64,000 nt of DNA from Lingula anatina (GCA_051362555.1 JBPQGU010000016.1:3534001-3598000); one strand, 5' to 3'; shown: positions 1 through 12,977, counted from the first letter of the stretch. The notes: a model not told the origin generated them from the sequence alone. Made by a program: numbers and translations.

Positions 1-1759
1 AATTGGGGGCCTTGATGAAGTGACCCGGGCGCGTTTTCACATTTTTTATGAATGACAGGTGTGGTAGATTGATTTTCGTCACTTTTTGGAAAAATCGGAG
101 ACGGGTCGATTTTTGGTGATTTTGAGTGATTTTGAACAGTGCCGGCACTGTGAGATTTCTTCAATTTTGGCCAGGTAGGGATGAAAATTTTTTTCTTCAT
201 TATAGTGTCAGGTAGATGTGTTCGGTCATTTGTAGTAAGAATAAAGTGCTGGAAGAGTGGTGGTGTCAACATTAAGGAAGAAATAGAGCAAAAACTCACC
301 CCCCCCCCCCTCTCAGATTCTGTTCTCAGAGCTTATTTTTGGATCATCTTTAAAGCTAGAATTGGGGGCCTTGATGAAGTGACCCGGGCGCGTTTCCACA
401 TTTTTTATGAATGACAGGTGTGGTAGATTGATTTTCGTCACTTTTTGGAAAAATCGGAGACGGGTCGATTTTTGGTGATTTTGAGTGATTTTGAACAGTG
501 CCGGCACTGTGAGATTTCTTCAATTTTGGGCAGGTAGGGATAAAAAATTTTTTTCTTCATTATAGTGTCAGGTAGGTGTGTTCGGTCATTTGTAGTAAGA
601 ATAAAGTGCTGGAAGAGTGGTGGTGTCAACATTAAGGAAGAAATAGAGCAAAAACTCTCTCTCCCCCCCCCTCCCAGATTCTGTTCTCAGAGCTTATTTT
701 TGGATCATCTTTAAAGCTAGAATTGGGGGCCTTGATGAAGTGACCCGGGCGCGTTTCCACATTTTTTATGAATGACAGGTGTGGTAGATTGATTTTCGTC
801 ACTTTTTGGAAAAATCGGAGACGGGTCGATTTTTGGTGATTTTGAGTGATTTTGAACAGTGCCGGCACTGTGAGATTTCTTCAATTTTGGGCAGGTAGGG
901 ATAAAAAATTTTTTTCTTCATTATAGTGTCAGGTAGGTGTGTTCGGTCATTTGTAGTAAGAATAAAGTGCTGGAAGAGTGGTGGTGTCAACATTAAGGAA
1001 GAAATAGAGCAAAAACTCTCTCTCCCCCCCCCCCCCCTCTTAGATTCTGTTCTCAGAGCTTATTTTTGGATCATCTTTAAAGCTAGAATTGGGATCCTTG
1101 ATGAAGTGACCCGGGCGCGTTTCCACATTTTTTATGAATGACAGGTGTGGTAGATTGATTTTCGTCACTTTTTGGAAAAATCGGAGACGGGTCGATTTTT
1201 GGTGATTTTGAGTGATTTTGAACAGTGCCGGCACTGTGAGATTTCTTCAATTTTGGCTAGGTAGGGATGAAAATTTTTTTTCTTCATTATAGTGTCAGGT
1301 AGGTGTGTTCGGTCATTTGTAGTAAGAATAAAGTGCTGGAAGAGTGGTGGTGTCAACATTAAGGAAGAAATAGAGCAAAAACTCTCTCTCCCCCCCCCTC
1401 CCAGATTCTGTTCTCAGAGCTTATTTTTGGATCATCTTTAAAGCTAGAATTGGGGGCCTTGATGAAGTGACCCGGGCGCGTTTCCACATCTTTTATGAAT
1501 GACAGGTGTGGTAGATTGATTTTCGTCACTTTTTGGAAAAATCGGAGACGGGTCGATTTTTGGTGATTTTGAGTGATTTTGAACAGTGCCGGCACTGTGA
1601 GATTTCTTCAATTTTGGCCAGGTAGGGATGAAAATTTTTTTTCTTCATTATAGTGTCAGGTAGGTGTGTTCGGTCATTTGTAGTAAGCATAAAATGCTTG
1701 AAGAGTGGTGGTGTCAACATTATGGAAGAAATAAAGCAAAAACTATGTATACAGATTCC
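1..1759. repeat. ~362-bp satellite DNA, left array (subfamily A), ~4.8 copies, runs off the window start
   Basis: Head-to-tail monomers with ~361-366 bp spacing. Diagnostic alleles ttgggggccttgatg, gacaggtgtgg and aaactctctc. Last copy decays at ...attatggaagaaataaagcaaaaactatgtatacagattc. Confidence 0.97.
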
Positions 1760-4700
1760 TGCTATATTATTATTTTATCTTTAATTTATCGAATTTTATG
1801 ATGCCTTTCCTATATCAGTCATTCTTTGCTAGTGGTGCACTGCGGGGGGACCATAACAAGAATGTTATTTAAATTTAGATAGCCGACCAAATTCTCATGA
1901 CATCGTTGTGTATGTTTCAATAACAAATCAAAGAAGCTGCATGAGCAAGGAGGATATTGTTATAAAAGCAAAAGAAGAGAAAAAGCAGAATATATATCGA
2001 AATTACCCTCAAAATGGCGTCTTTTTTTGTGGAATTTCGACCCTACCTCTATTTAGGAACAGTTTGTTTAGGGTTTGAATGAATTATTAAAGCAGGGAAT
2101 ACACCTACTGCAAGAAGATATAATAAACAGAATGTGCAAATGGTTATTTAAATAAAAATTTATTTGAAGTCACTGAAAAATGATCACAAAATTAGCTTAA
2201 CTTACGATACATGCGGTGTCCCACCCCGATGAAAATTTCATCTAATCCTATCTTTCCGTATTAAAACTGTTCAATCGTCCAAAGTAGTATTTCGGTTAGT
2301 TTGTGTCACGAAATCCATGATAATATCAGTTTTCTTAAGAATTTCACATTTATTGCTCAGCAAGGTCGATATTTCTTCACCGCGTCCCAATATTACGTTC
2401 GCAACGCTGAAACTTCAGAGATCGATTCTTATCAGACGACTTTAAAATGCCGCGTGAAAATTATACATCGATAGCGATCTTCTTCCATACTCACTAACTG
2501 ATGACGTCTACACACGAATGGCTTCTTTTACACACTAAAAAAACCAGCTCAAACTGGCGGGTGGCCCATTCTGATAACATGTTACGCAATGACGCTGTCG
2601 AGATAGGATGCAGGGCACAGGTGTAATTCCCTCGATTTAACCGTCACAGGATTGTTTATTGGGATCTTCTTTGTATCAAGGTGAGAAATAATGAGTTTCG
2701 TTTCATTTTTCTTCAATTGTTTCAACATATTTGTGTACCGATTGATTTTTACCATTCTATAAGTAGGGTGACTTCGTCTGAACTTTCGTTTTGCGTCTGT
2801 TTCACATGGGGGACTAAAGGTCATATTGAACATGGTGACGCGGTGATACCGTATTCATGTTCTCTTGTTCTCGAAAACTCAATCATCGAAATTGAATTAC
2901 TTTTTTTTAGTTTTGTCTTAAATTAAGTTGCTACACTGTATTCCGTGCGTTTAAAATTTAACCGTCTGTAAAAACAGCAATAATGGATTACTAGCAACAC
3001 TTACGTTACGCAATGAAGCACCGAAAATGGGTGAAGAAAATGTGTCTCAGTAATGCGTGTTTGCCACTCATAATGCACTGTACTTTGTTTGAATAAGCAA
3101 TAAACTATTTGTGATCTTATGTTATCCATTGTTCGTTATCAGAGTTAACAGATTCTTTGTGTGATTTTTTTTCAGAATCCCAAGAGTGGATGCCTTAGTG
3201 AGCACAGAACAGATATCACCATTGGTCTACATATGTCAGGAAGAATGTTATAATTATGAACTTTGTGTTACACTGAACTTCATTTTGTTAAATTTTGTAT
3301 TTAACTGAACTTTATTGTGTTAAAATAATAATAATAAAATAATATTTCTGATAAAAAACTACAATCTGGAACATTCTTTAGATCAACTTTGTTCAGTGTG
3401 TGTCCCATATGACAGAGTTACAGTAAATAAAATATGTGCATTATTCCTCTGTGTTTGTCAATTCCATTTTAAAAGCATGTGAAAGTGGTGTGCCCCTCAT
3501 GAATGAAGTGTGTATGGATAATAGCAAAAATATTGTTATTATTTACATGATTATAAAAAGTTTTTGTACCCGCGTCAATAACGTTACCGTGACCCACATA
3601 TTCACCATTTTTATTAATTATGAAATGTGGATTAAATTCTTCAAAACCAGTTTTGAAGCATTGAGACAACACCCCCTTATGATTTAAACTAAAACTGAAA
3701 ACATTCCATTAGACTTTCATTAGTTTGTGCAAAATATATTACCCAGGGTAACGCGTCTTGGATTTGGTGGGTATAGCTGTTCAACTCTCCTGTGTGCCCT
3801 AAAAAGGGCAGCTGCTGTTTCCCTTTTTATGAAATGATAAACTGTGATGGTGTAGCTATCACATCGCAAAATTACAGCTTCCCAGAGAAAGTTTGAAATT
3901 TTCGGTCAAATTCAACATTTTGTAACCACTAGCAAAGAATGACAGATATACATAGTCCTTTTTTAAAATAATTACCGTATCAGTTTTTTAAAACCTAGAA
4001 CAAAAGTTTTCAGTTTGTCTGTCTTTTTTATTCCAGCAATTTCAGCAGCCATTACTGTTTCCGAGACACCTTGCCTGTGCTATCAAACGAAGCCTGTTAC
4101 TTACAGCACAGGAGCACCAAAGAGTTTGAAGAGTGCTTTACAAGTCATCAGTCAAATTAAGCAGAAGTGGTCTTAGCTTTGCAAACCGGTGTCAAAGGGT
4201 CAAATCAAGTATTCCAAGCCTTCCAAGGACTAGTATGATGTAAGTCAGTATGGACAATATATTAAAGGTCCAAAAGCATCAAAGTCTTTAAGGTACTCGC
4301 CCCACGCCGCAGCATGTCATCGAAGAAATGACCCCTTGATGATAGGGATATGGATTGCAAGTGTTCTGGAGGCTCCAAGACAACTGTCTATAGCAGGTTC
4401 TGGTACTTGCATAGTGGGTCTTCAAACCCTTGGTATAGAAAGTACAAACCAGCAGCTTAATCTGGAAGTTAAAAAGAAAAAACAGCCATAAGTCCATGCA
4501 TTAAAATCATGTTGAAATCTCTTTTTGGAAATTAGAAAAACGACTATTGCAATTATTAGAGAAGGCTTAATTAACTTTGAGTGTGCATTTTTTATGAACT
4601 GATACTTCCTTGTGAACAAAAACTCTGAAAAGATTTCCACATTTTGTATTTTTGGCAATAATGAGAAATGAATGAACATTCATTGATTAATTATTATCAT

Positions 4701-5224
4701 TATTTATTTATTCATTTATTTTTTTGCTATTTCCACTTGAGGGTGCTTACGCAAATTTGGCAGATTTCCCAAGTTTTGGGTTAAAAGCACAATGTTGTTA
4801 TTTTGGGTCTTTATGAGGTAATGTGATTTTGTCAGCATATTAGTTAAATGAACAACTTTGTCTGGATGCCCCACTCCTGCCTCAAATGAGATTTTAAAAG
4901 CAAACATCAATATCTATAAAGTCAGGTTTTAATGCTTATTTTTGAACACATTTCACATAAATCACATTTCACATGATGATCTGGGCTGATTTTGTCAAAG
5001 TTAAAGAAACCCCATTTTGAACACTGATGACAATTTAAGTAAAACCATGTTACTCATGGATCTCAATCTTACAGAAAAGGTAAATTGGACTAAAATACAG
5101 CTTGAGTTAGAAAACTGAACTGATTGCATTCTTTTTCTGAGAGTTATTTATTTATTTAATTATCATTATTATTATTATTTATTATTATTATTTTCAAAAT
5201 ATTTTTTTTTCACATATTAGCATT

Positions 5225-5540
5225 TTCTTCGTGAGACTTGGAACTCCCACGGGATGAAATTCCAGCTCCCACTCTCAAGCCCCTGGGGAGCTTTTTGAAA
5301 TAATATAAAGATGAAATTTGGGTCTTTTTAAAATAATTAAAATAATGATGTCAGGAAGGTGTGTTTTGTTTTTTCTAGCCATCCACAGGTAATTTTTTTT
5401 TTTCAATATTTCTTGTGAATTAAAAATATATTTTTCCATCCCCCCCCCCCAACCTCAAACCCCTGAGGAGCTTTTTGAAGTACTATAAAGATGCAATTTG
5501 GGGATTTAATGATGAGATGTTGATATGTTTAGACAATTAT
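5225..5540. repeat. Diverged ~180-bp tandem relic related to the 362-bp satellite
   Basis: ccctggggagctttttgaaataatataaagatgaaatttggg (5281) recurs as ccctgaggagctttttgaagtactataaagatgcaatttggg (5461), a 180-bp period. It shares a C-run, gtcaggaaggtgtgtt and gggatgaaatt with the satellite. Confidence 0.6.
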
Positions 5541-6187
5541 TGTGAATGATCCCTTTCCGTCTCAGCACTGATACTCCTCCGCACCATTACTTCCTCGCAC
5601 CGATAGGCCTATACTACCCCTTACACTCCATCGACCTCACCCGCATCTTAAAGCTCCTGCAACGATACTCTCTCACAGCCTTTGCAATTGGTTAAAACTG
5701 CTACCAACAAAACACAATGATTGATCTAAAAACTCTCGAAATACTATTTTTCCGAAAGTGCACCACCCTCTTGGGACCCAAAAGTGACACATTTCATTAG
5801 AAATATTGTGGAAAAATAAGGGAATTACTAAAGTTGGTCTGCTTAGTAACAAAGTACATAGTCGATCTAATATGTATGCAGCTCGGCTTTGTGATTATTA
5901 AGAAATATCTGTATTCTTCACTTCGTTCTTCAACAGTGGTTACTGTATACAATATGTGCATCTTCTTCTTGATTTGTTTATTAATTATTTTACTAAAAGT
6001 ATGTTTTTAACAGAAGATAGCAAAGACGACATAATCTTTTCTTCAGGGGCCACTCTATTCGTAAAAGAAATTGAAACAACAACAACAAAAAAAAACATTG
6101 TTTAAGCGAGAAATTGCCGCCTTTGTCCTCCTGGAAATGTGAGATTCTACAATTTAGGCTGTCCTTGGGCGATTATAGGAACCACTG

Positions 6188-6355
6188 CAGGGGCGGATCC
6201 AGAGCTATATACTGACAGTCTTCCAAATTATCTTTGTTGATTCATCCTCCAATTTTGGCCGTCTTCCAACATTAAAAATTGGATACCCGTCAATGTAAAC
6301 TTGAAAATCTGACCGTCTTCTGGAAGACCCAGAAGACGGCCTAAATCCGCCCCTG
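6188..6355. mobile_element. MITE with CAGGGGCGGAT TIR and 5-bp TSD (hAT5-like)
   Basis: caggggcggatcc ... aaatccgcccctg, flanked by cactg on both sides. Confidence 0.85.
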
Positions 6356-6552
6356 CACTGAACACCTACAGTATAATGCGCTTAAATTACTGTTTTTTCT
6401 TTACGGTTCTGTTTGTAATAGAAATCTAGGACAGAAAAAATTACAACTTGAATGTAACATCATAAATCCTTAAAAATAGATAACAAATCCGATTGTGTTT
6501 ATTGCCAGTATGCAGCAAGATCGTTATTAAGAAATCAATAACGAACAGCTCT

Positions 6553-6640
6553 CAGGGGCGAATCCAGGATTTCGAAGACTAGGTGGTTAGTTTTTATTGA
6601 CCCCGCTTCTACGTGGACGGAACGGTTCATTTTTAACATT
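6553..6640 (+). mobile_element. Truncated copy of the CAGGGGCGG MITE group (left end only)
   Basis: caggggcgaatccaggattt plus an internal segment resembling the 8050 copy. No right TIR seen. Confidence 0.55.
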
Positions 6641-7485
6641 GAATAAATTAATTGAATTAATATTCATTAAAATTAAATCAAATAAAATAACGATGCATGA
6701 TGATTAGTAATGCAAGATTTATGCCGCAAAGTCGCTTGTCAGACTACATCTAAGATGATCTCACGACATACTTGGGTATGGCTGTTTAGATGTAGGGGGT
6801 AGAGGCACTATTTGAAGGCAGCTGAAGGAAAAAATCGAAAGGAGTTCGATGGCATTTAGCATTACATGGTCCATTTCTCAGTAAAGAATACTAAATAAAG
6901 AAATTATACATACTTCAGGATGGCTCACTGCGGTTTTCGTCCACACATAGGCAACCAGTAATTCGGACTCTACTAGCGATAATGTAAACACACCTTGAAT
7001 GCCCATTTATATATTTGCTTTTCTAGTTAAACTTAGCAATGTGTATTAATTTTGTTCGGAAAAAAAAAGCATTCCACTGTAATTTGCGACCGCGTCCATG
7101 TGCACCAATGCAGGCCTATTCTATTTATGGAGATGGTCACATAATCAGCAAAACGGAAATTTAACTGGTACATGTACAAGTTTCGAAATAAAATGTTTGT
7201 CAAACCTTTATAATATCTAGAGCTTTTGTTGTTTGAAACATGTTTAACTAAAATGTAAGAAAAACGAAAAAAGTAAGCAGCAAGCTGGTGGGCAGTAAGT
7301 GAAAGCCTGGTCTGAACACTGAATTTCTAGGTAACCATGTATTTTTCACACCCCCTAATTTCATTTCCACAACGATCCGTGAATGAGGTTAAAAAGCAAT
7401 AACATACTTGTGTGACAGGACAAAATGCTTTGTTTATTACGCCACTTTATCTTGTCAAATGAAGCATGAATTTGAAAAACCATGA

Positions 7486-8036
7486 AAACTAGAGGATCAG
7501 AGAGGTGATACCGCCTGAGGGTATTGTACCACCAGCTGGAGTAAGCTCATTCGTATAGAAAAGTGAAAAAAGGGACACCACCTCCAATGTTGTGCTGGAC
7601 AAGCTCTACATGCAGTAAGCAAAAGTTCTAAATAGTTTTGTTGAAAATTACCATTTAAAACAAAATCATGAGGAAAAGTAAAAGTTTAAATTCAAATTTG
7701 TGAAGTGCAGTTCATGGCAAAAAGTAGGTCAAAGCTCAATTTCAAGAACACAGATTGTCAGCATATGACTGCCTATTCAAGTTCAATAGTGATTATGGGC
7801 ATATCTCTGCTAGTTTTGGAGATAGAAAAGTTGCAAAGTTGCGCGGCTCATTATAAAATCGCCACCTTTTAAAATTTCCAGTTGTACTAAGTGCACGTGG
7901 TTTGCAGATTAATTTTAGCCATTAAGAGCGTTAGATTGAAACCTTTTGCCGCTACAAATACAACAACTTGATTGATATCTTAGGCGATTATCAAAAACAG
8001 ACAATAGCAAGAATCACTTACCTGCTGTAGGTTACA
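7486..8036. mobile_element. Probable non-autonomous Helentron/Helitron-like element (HINE-like)
   Basis: Starts aaactagagg and ends with a short hairpin acct-gctgt-aggt. No TIR pair or TSD seen. Family assignment is inferred from end architecture only. Confidence 0.35.
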
Positions 8037-8049
8037 AGGGCGACCAACC

Positions 8050-8263
8050 CAGGGGCGGGACCAGGATTATTTGAAGGGGGGTCCACGGATGCAAAACCGA
8101 CCCTTATCTTAGAGGGCGAACGGTGCTATTTAGTACTTTTTAGAACTATGATTCGGCTAGAGAAAATACTTATTTCATAAGGGGACCATCGGTGTGATTA
8201 TTTTTAGAAACTGAAGGGGAGGAGGTCAGGACCCCCTGACCCCCCCCTCCCAATCCGCCACTG
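8050..8263. mobile_element. MITE with CAGGGGCGG/CAGTGGCGG TIR and 5-bp TSD
   Basis: caggggcgggacc ... aatccgccactg, with flanks caacc / caact (4 of 5 match). Confidence 0.75.
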
Positions 8264-8535
8264 CAACTACCAATGGACCTCGGTGGACACAGGTTAATTA
8301 CATATCTGGCATTTGTGTCATAGGTTGTGCATTTAAGCTTTAAACTTAAGTTTTATAAATATTAAAGTACCTACCCTTTAACGCGAAGTAAGAATCACGG
8401 TCAGCCACCTTTGTTTATGAGACAGTAATCAGTGTTACGCCGACGACCATCACCTGATCTATTGAATTAAACGAGTGGAGTAGTAACGAACCCTTGGAAC
8501 GAATTTGAGAAATAAGCAAACCTGACTTTATCGAG

Positions 8536-8659
8536 TGTAGGGGAGTTCGATTTTCTAAAAAAAAAAATGTACATTACATTTATAAAAATTCAGTCGGAAT
8601 CGAAACTCCCCCCCCCCCCCCCCCCCCCGCCCCCACCGACCCTCCTAAATCCACCACTG
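8536..8659. mobile_element. Degenerate CAG(G/T)GG MITE copy (right end ctaaatccaccactg preceded by a long C-run)
   Basis: The right terminus matches the family. The left terminus is eroded, so its coordinate is approximate. Confidence 0.45.
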
Positions 8660-8890
8660 GCACAAATCTTTTGTCCTGTACCATCTAAACTGCGTCACGT
8701 ACAGCTCGATGTAGCGAGTCAATATAAATATAATTTCAATCGGTTGACGAGAGGAATTAAAGTGAAATTAATTTCTCTCTGGTTATGACACGCCAGAAGA
8801 GGGCGGGATTATGGTAGGGGAGATTTCGTGTCATTTAGGCGATTGACACGGTACTGTTAACACGCTTATGATTACGACTCCGTAGACGAC

Positions 8891-9420
8891 ATGGTTGATG
8901 AGTCCAGTGGAAGCGAACACTTTACCTTGGCTGATGTAATGAAAAAAATGGAAAGTAAAAAGAAAGAGGCGAAAGACTATTTCGACCATAGACTGTCTAC
9001 TTTTAATGCCGAAGCCGGTAAAAACTGAAAGTCGACAATATTTATCTTGGAAAATAGAAGGTAATCACCAGCAATTTGACTCAACAGTATTTGAAAATAA
9101 GATTATTGTGGTGAACAAACTGACAGTGCCTTACAGTCTTGGCAAGAGAAACAAACTTATCAGAATTGCTGACACTTTCGACACTGTTAAGGAACATACT
9201 GTTAATCCTCTTGCTTGTGATTCTGAGAGCGAGAGAGCTACAAAGAAAATAAAAGAAAACAAAAAGGGAGCCAAAAAAAATAAGGTTATATCAGCAGACC
9301 GACCGATAGGTGTGGCGATACTTCTCAGCGGAGAAGTCTTTATCGCAGCAGCGGGTCGTGACTTTGCTTAGCTTGTTGAGGAAAGGGCCATTTCATGCTT
9401 GAGTGACCAACTTACAGAGG
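8891..9420 (+). pseudogene. gag-like ORF1 of DIRS/Ngaro-like element #1 (disrupted)
   Basis: SWKIEGNHQQF, KRNKLIRIAD, VKEHTVNPLACDSE motifs and a broken CCHC knuckle CLAC*GKGHF..E* near 9365-9405. Confidence 0.75.
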
Positions 9421-9589
9421 GGAAAGTGATTCTACCAGAGTCCAACCCCAGAGATAAGGGAACATCTGGAATGGGATAGAAGGCGAAAGCATTGAAAAAT
9501 AGATAAGTACCCGGTACATGTATGAGTGCGTTAGTTTCAATCAAGAGTTGCATAATTATGAACATGAGCAAAATCAGAAATTCATACCC

Positions 9590-11080
9590 GTGAAAAGTAG
9601 GTTAAGAACCAATTTAAGTTTTTGGGAAGAAGTAGGGTATTCATTTTTTATTCTAGACTTGATAAAAATGGTTATAAATTTCCGTTTATAGCAACACCCT
9701 GTGGGATGAGGAAAGATAACAGCTTTCACCATTGAAAAATAAGTTTTTTGTTAAAAAGCTATTCTTGAATTGAAAAAGATGCGTTTGATTAAAAGGTGTA
9801 GCAAACAACCAATTGTTGATAACCCTTAAACAGAAGCAGTGCATAGCAGTGAAAAAAAAGATTGATTTTAGATGTACGAGAAGTAAACAAACATGTCCGT
9901 AAGCAGTCTGGTAGTTACGGACATTTGAAAACGGCTCTTATGTTTATGAAACTGTGTGGTTGGTTGATTAAATTTGATTCAGCTAATCAACATCTAGATA
10001 TCCATTATCCTCATACGGATTATTGAGGTTTTTCATGGAAAATTCAAGATCAGCAGATTTATTTTTGATTCTTAGTTCTTCCATTTGGGTTATCATTAGC
10101 ACTTAATATTTTTTTCAAAATTGACTTGGCAATTAATCAAAGAATGGTTCGATGTAATTGGATGACGGTCTGTGGTACTGCAGTAACATAGCATCAGGGT
10201 GCTGAGATCAAAGATGATATTGCTAAGTCAGGTTTTATGTAAATATATGAGAATACTATTTGGTCGTAGGTACAGAGTCTGGCATTTATAGGCATCGAAA
10301 TAGATATTAGTATTGGGGAAATCAAAGTTCTTGATATTAGATTAGCAAGTGCTAAGAGATCTGACATTATATTCGCACGAAAGTGAGCAGAGGTCTGGCT
10401 ATGTCGGTCGGATTATACTATGTCTCATGTGTTGGGAAGTGTAAAACAACTAATGACAAATTATATTAGCATGGTTATTTCAAGTGCTTTTTCTTAGAAT
10501 CAGAAAATGTGTGTGAAAGCATGCAGTCAAATTAGACCTTGGTGTAGTAAATCAGAATTTTACAGTTTTCACCTCAGTGCAATAAGGTAGTTTATTCTGA
10601 TGCTAGTAGTACTGGGTTTGGAGGATATTGTGTGGAGACACCTAAAAGGGTGTGTTGCGGGGAATGGTCAGCTGACGAAGCGACGGAGAGCTCTACTTAC
10701 AGAGAACTGATAGCTGTTTTCAGGGTCCTGTTCTCCATGGCAAACACGTTGAGTGTTTTGAGATTGAAGTGGTTTTCTGATAGCAAAGATGTTGTAAACA
10801 TTAAAGAAAAAAGTAGCATGAGGAGTAAATTACAACCTATTATTTTTGATGTTTTTCTTCTAATGGAGTTATTCAATAGAAATGAAAGGATACTGAGAGA
10901 AGAGAATACCCATGCAGATTATATAAGTAGAAGTGTGGATGTTGACAATTGGGGTATTTCTAAAGAATTATTCTCACATTTTGATAAGATATGGGGTCCT
11001 CATGAAGTGGATTGGTTAACGTCCTGCTACAATGCTAAAGTACATATTTTTACTCTAGATTTTAGAATTCAGGAACAGTG
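9590..11080 (+). pseudogene. Reverse transcriptase / RNase H (plus downstream domain) of element #1 (disrupted)
   Basis: VKSRLRTNLSFWEE, GYKFPF, RLILDVREVNKHV, HLDIH, VLPFGLS, LDDG (~10158), VYSDASSTGFGGY, SSTYRELIAV, WFSDS, REENTHADYISR, WGPHEVD. Confidence 0.9.
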
Positions 11081-11319
11081 AATGGGACACGCGTCATTTA
11101 CGGATCTATCCTGGTCCTCAGATCAAATTCAGTCTCTTATTTCTACCAATGAGTTACAACAGACTCCTTGTTTCTATATTGTTTCCGACAGACTGTTCTG
11201 GTCCTTCACCTGTAAATATCCATCATGACGTAATCAAATGTGGCACCGAAACGTGCCCTTGGCTGACTCTGTTATGGTCTCAAAATTTTTGAAGCTTTAA
11301 GCTTTTAGATGCTACCTAG

Positions 11320-11420
11320 TTTCTTATTGAAAAGTCGAGATATAGAGGTGGCAATTGGCTTTTGATAAATCGGGTTAAATCGTATTTATGCCCAGTAAAA
11401 GTTCTTGAAAATATTTAGAT
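11320..11420 (+). pseudogene. Internal fragment of the tyrosine recombinase of element #1
   Basis: Translates FLIEKSRYRGGNWLLINRVKSYLCPVKVLE, matching the IxKSKTDQYRxG...CPV segment of DIRS-type YRs with KTDQ missing. Confidence 0.65.
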
Positions 11421-11669
11421 TTCATTGGTAGGCCTCGATCCTAGCTACAGCTTTTCAAATTTACATGGCCTATTTTAAATATAATATCGTTGAGTTACAA
11501 TGACAGTTATGTATGAAAATTGTATAACGACGAGGGGGAGTATCGGTGCGCGTACAACAGTAATTTATGAATACATTTTACAGTATTATGGAATATACAT
11601 GTATATTAGCGCCCGTGGTCTTATTGATCAATTAATGTGTGAATGAATAAGTCAAATCCACATGTACAT

Positions 11670-11943
11670 CTGGGGCGGATCCAGGATTTTTTGGAAGGGT
11701 GGTGGTGTTTTTTTTACGGATTGACAAGGCCTCGGAGTGCAAGGCCGACCCTCACCCCTTTGGAGTTATGTTTGGGGCACGCTCGAGGGCCACGAAAAAG
11801 GGTGTTTTAGAGGGAAAATATCTCCATTTGATACGGTTTATAACTATTATTCAGCTATAGATTTTGGGTGTAATTTTTTTATCAGAAATCGAAGGGAGGA
11901 GGGGGTCTGGATCCCCCCTGACACCCCCTCTTTATCCGCCATG
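11670..11943. mobile_element. MITE of the CAGGGGCGGATCC group with 5-bp TSD
   Basis: ctggggcggatccagg ... tatccgccatg, flanked by tacat on both sides. Confidence 0.8.
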
Positions 11944-12975
11944 TACATGTATTAGACCGTGAACATTCGTGAACAGTTTCAACCACAGTCCCTCGCCTGA
12001 AATGAGCCATGCCTGTCTGTAATTTGCATAACAATTACTTGCTCATCGTAGTGCGAGCTGTATTTCCGAATGCTCAGTAGGCAGTAGGACACAGCTAGGT
12101 GAAGACGCAATGTTCAACGTGCGGGTGCAGTCGCAACGCAGTCGTATGAGGCGTAGAAGCAAATGCATGTTTCGTAAGTAGCACTTTTTCTTCAGTATCG
12201 TATGTCAGTTGATAGAAAGAGAGTAGAAAAATGCAAAGAAATTTGCGACGAGTATTTACGGGTATGTTACTACTCTTTGTTGTCGCTGTCGCCTGTCGTT
12301 TCTGTTATGCCACTCAAAATATTATTTAGAAAATTAGTAAATGGGCATATTACCACAAAGATCACGGACATATTTACATGATGGTACCGTACTTGTCACA
12401 GTTCCGAGCTTTTGATCCTAAGACAATGAACGATAGTCAGTTTTAGTAGGTTTGTTAATTTCATTATACATGTACCTGTAAAATGCTTGTAAGCAGTGTT
12501 GAAACACGGGGAAATGATTTATTCTAAAGCGAAATATGGTTCCCAAACGCGTGATGCAAAGCGATTTTAGATATTACAACTTTATATAGTAGGTAAAATA
12601 AATAAATAGTGATAACCTACACAAACTAGAGGAGTGTTTTCAATATTTTTTTTTTCAAAGCAAGATATCTGAAATATCTTTATTACTAACTTCAGGTCTT
12701 AAATGTGGCGTTAGGCAACATAGAATCGATTGCTTTTTTGGGGTGCTATCTGAGCCTGAACTATGGACAAGTCAGATATTGTTAACATTACCTTCTTATT
12801 TCAGAAGTCCACTGAGATACTGAGAACTGCACGGCACCTGGCTGCTAGCAACCAAGCCTGTCATTCACCCTCTGGAACCCTACGCACATCCATGCATCTT
12901 TTGTTTTAAAATTGAATAAATACGTTTGTCATTCCTTGTGTTCTTATTCACTTCCATATGAAATGATGATAAAAT

Positions 12976-12977
<2 letters not shown>

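Larger units (their letters stand above)
8790..11575 (+). mobile_element. Decayed tyrosine-recombinase retrotransposon (DIRS/Ngaro-like) #1
   Basis: Ordered gag-like, RT, RNase H and YR fragments, all frameshifted. The 3' region contains gcgcgtacaa. Boundaries are approximate. Confidence 0.85.

Noticed and set aside
2200-4500. Possible decayed spliced gene fragments (e.g. minus-strand AGLYFLYQGFEDP..., LEGLEYL..., faintly HECT-like)
   Set aside because: Frames are short and stop-ridden and I could not assign a family. A tBLASTx search would be needed.
12050-12925. Promoter-like CpG patch with gtaagt donor, tttcag acceptor and aataaa (possible small spliced transcript)
   Set aside because: No ORF or element boundaries, and such signals are too common to call without RNA data.
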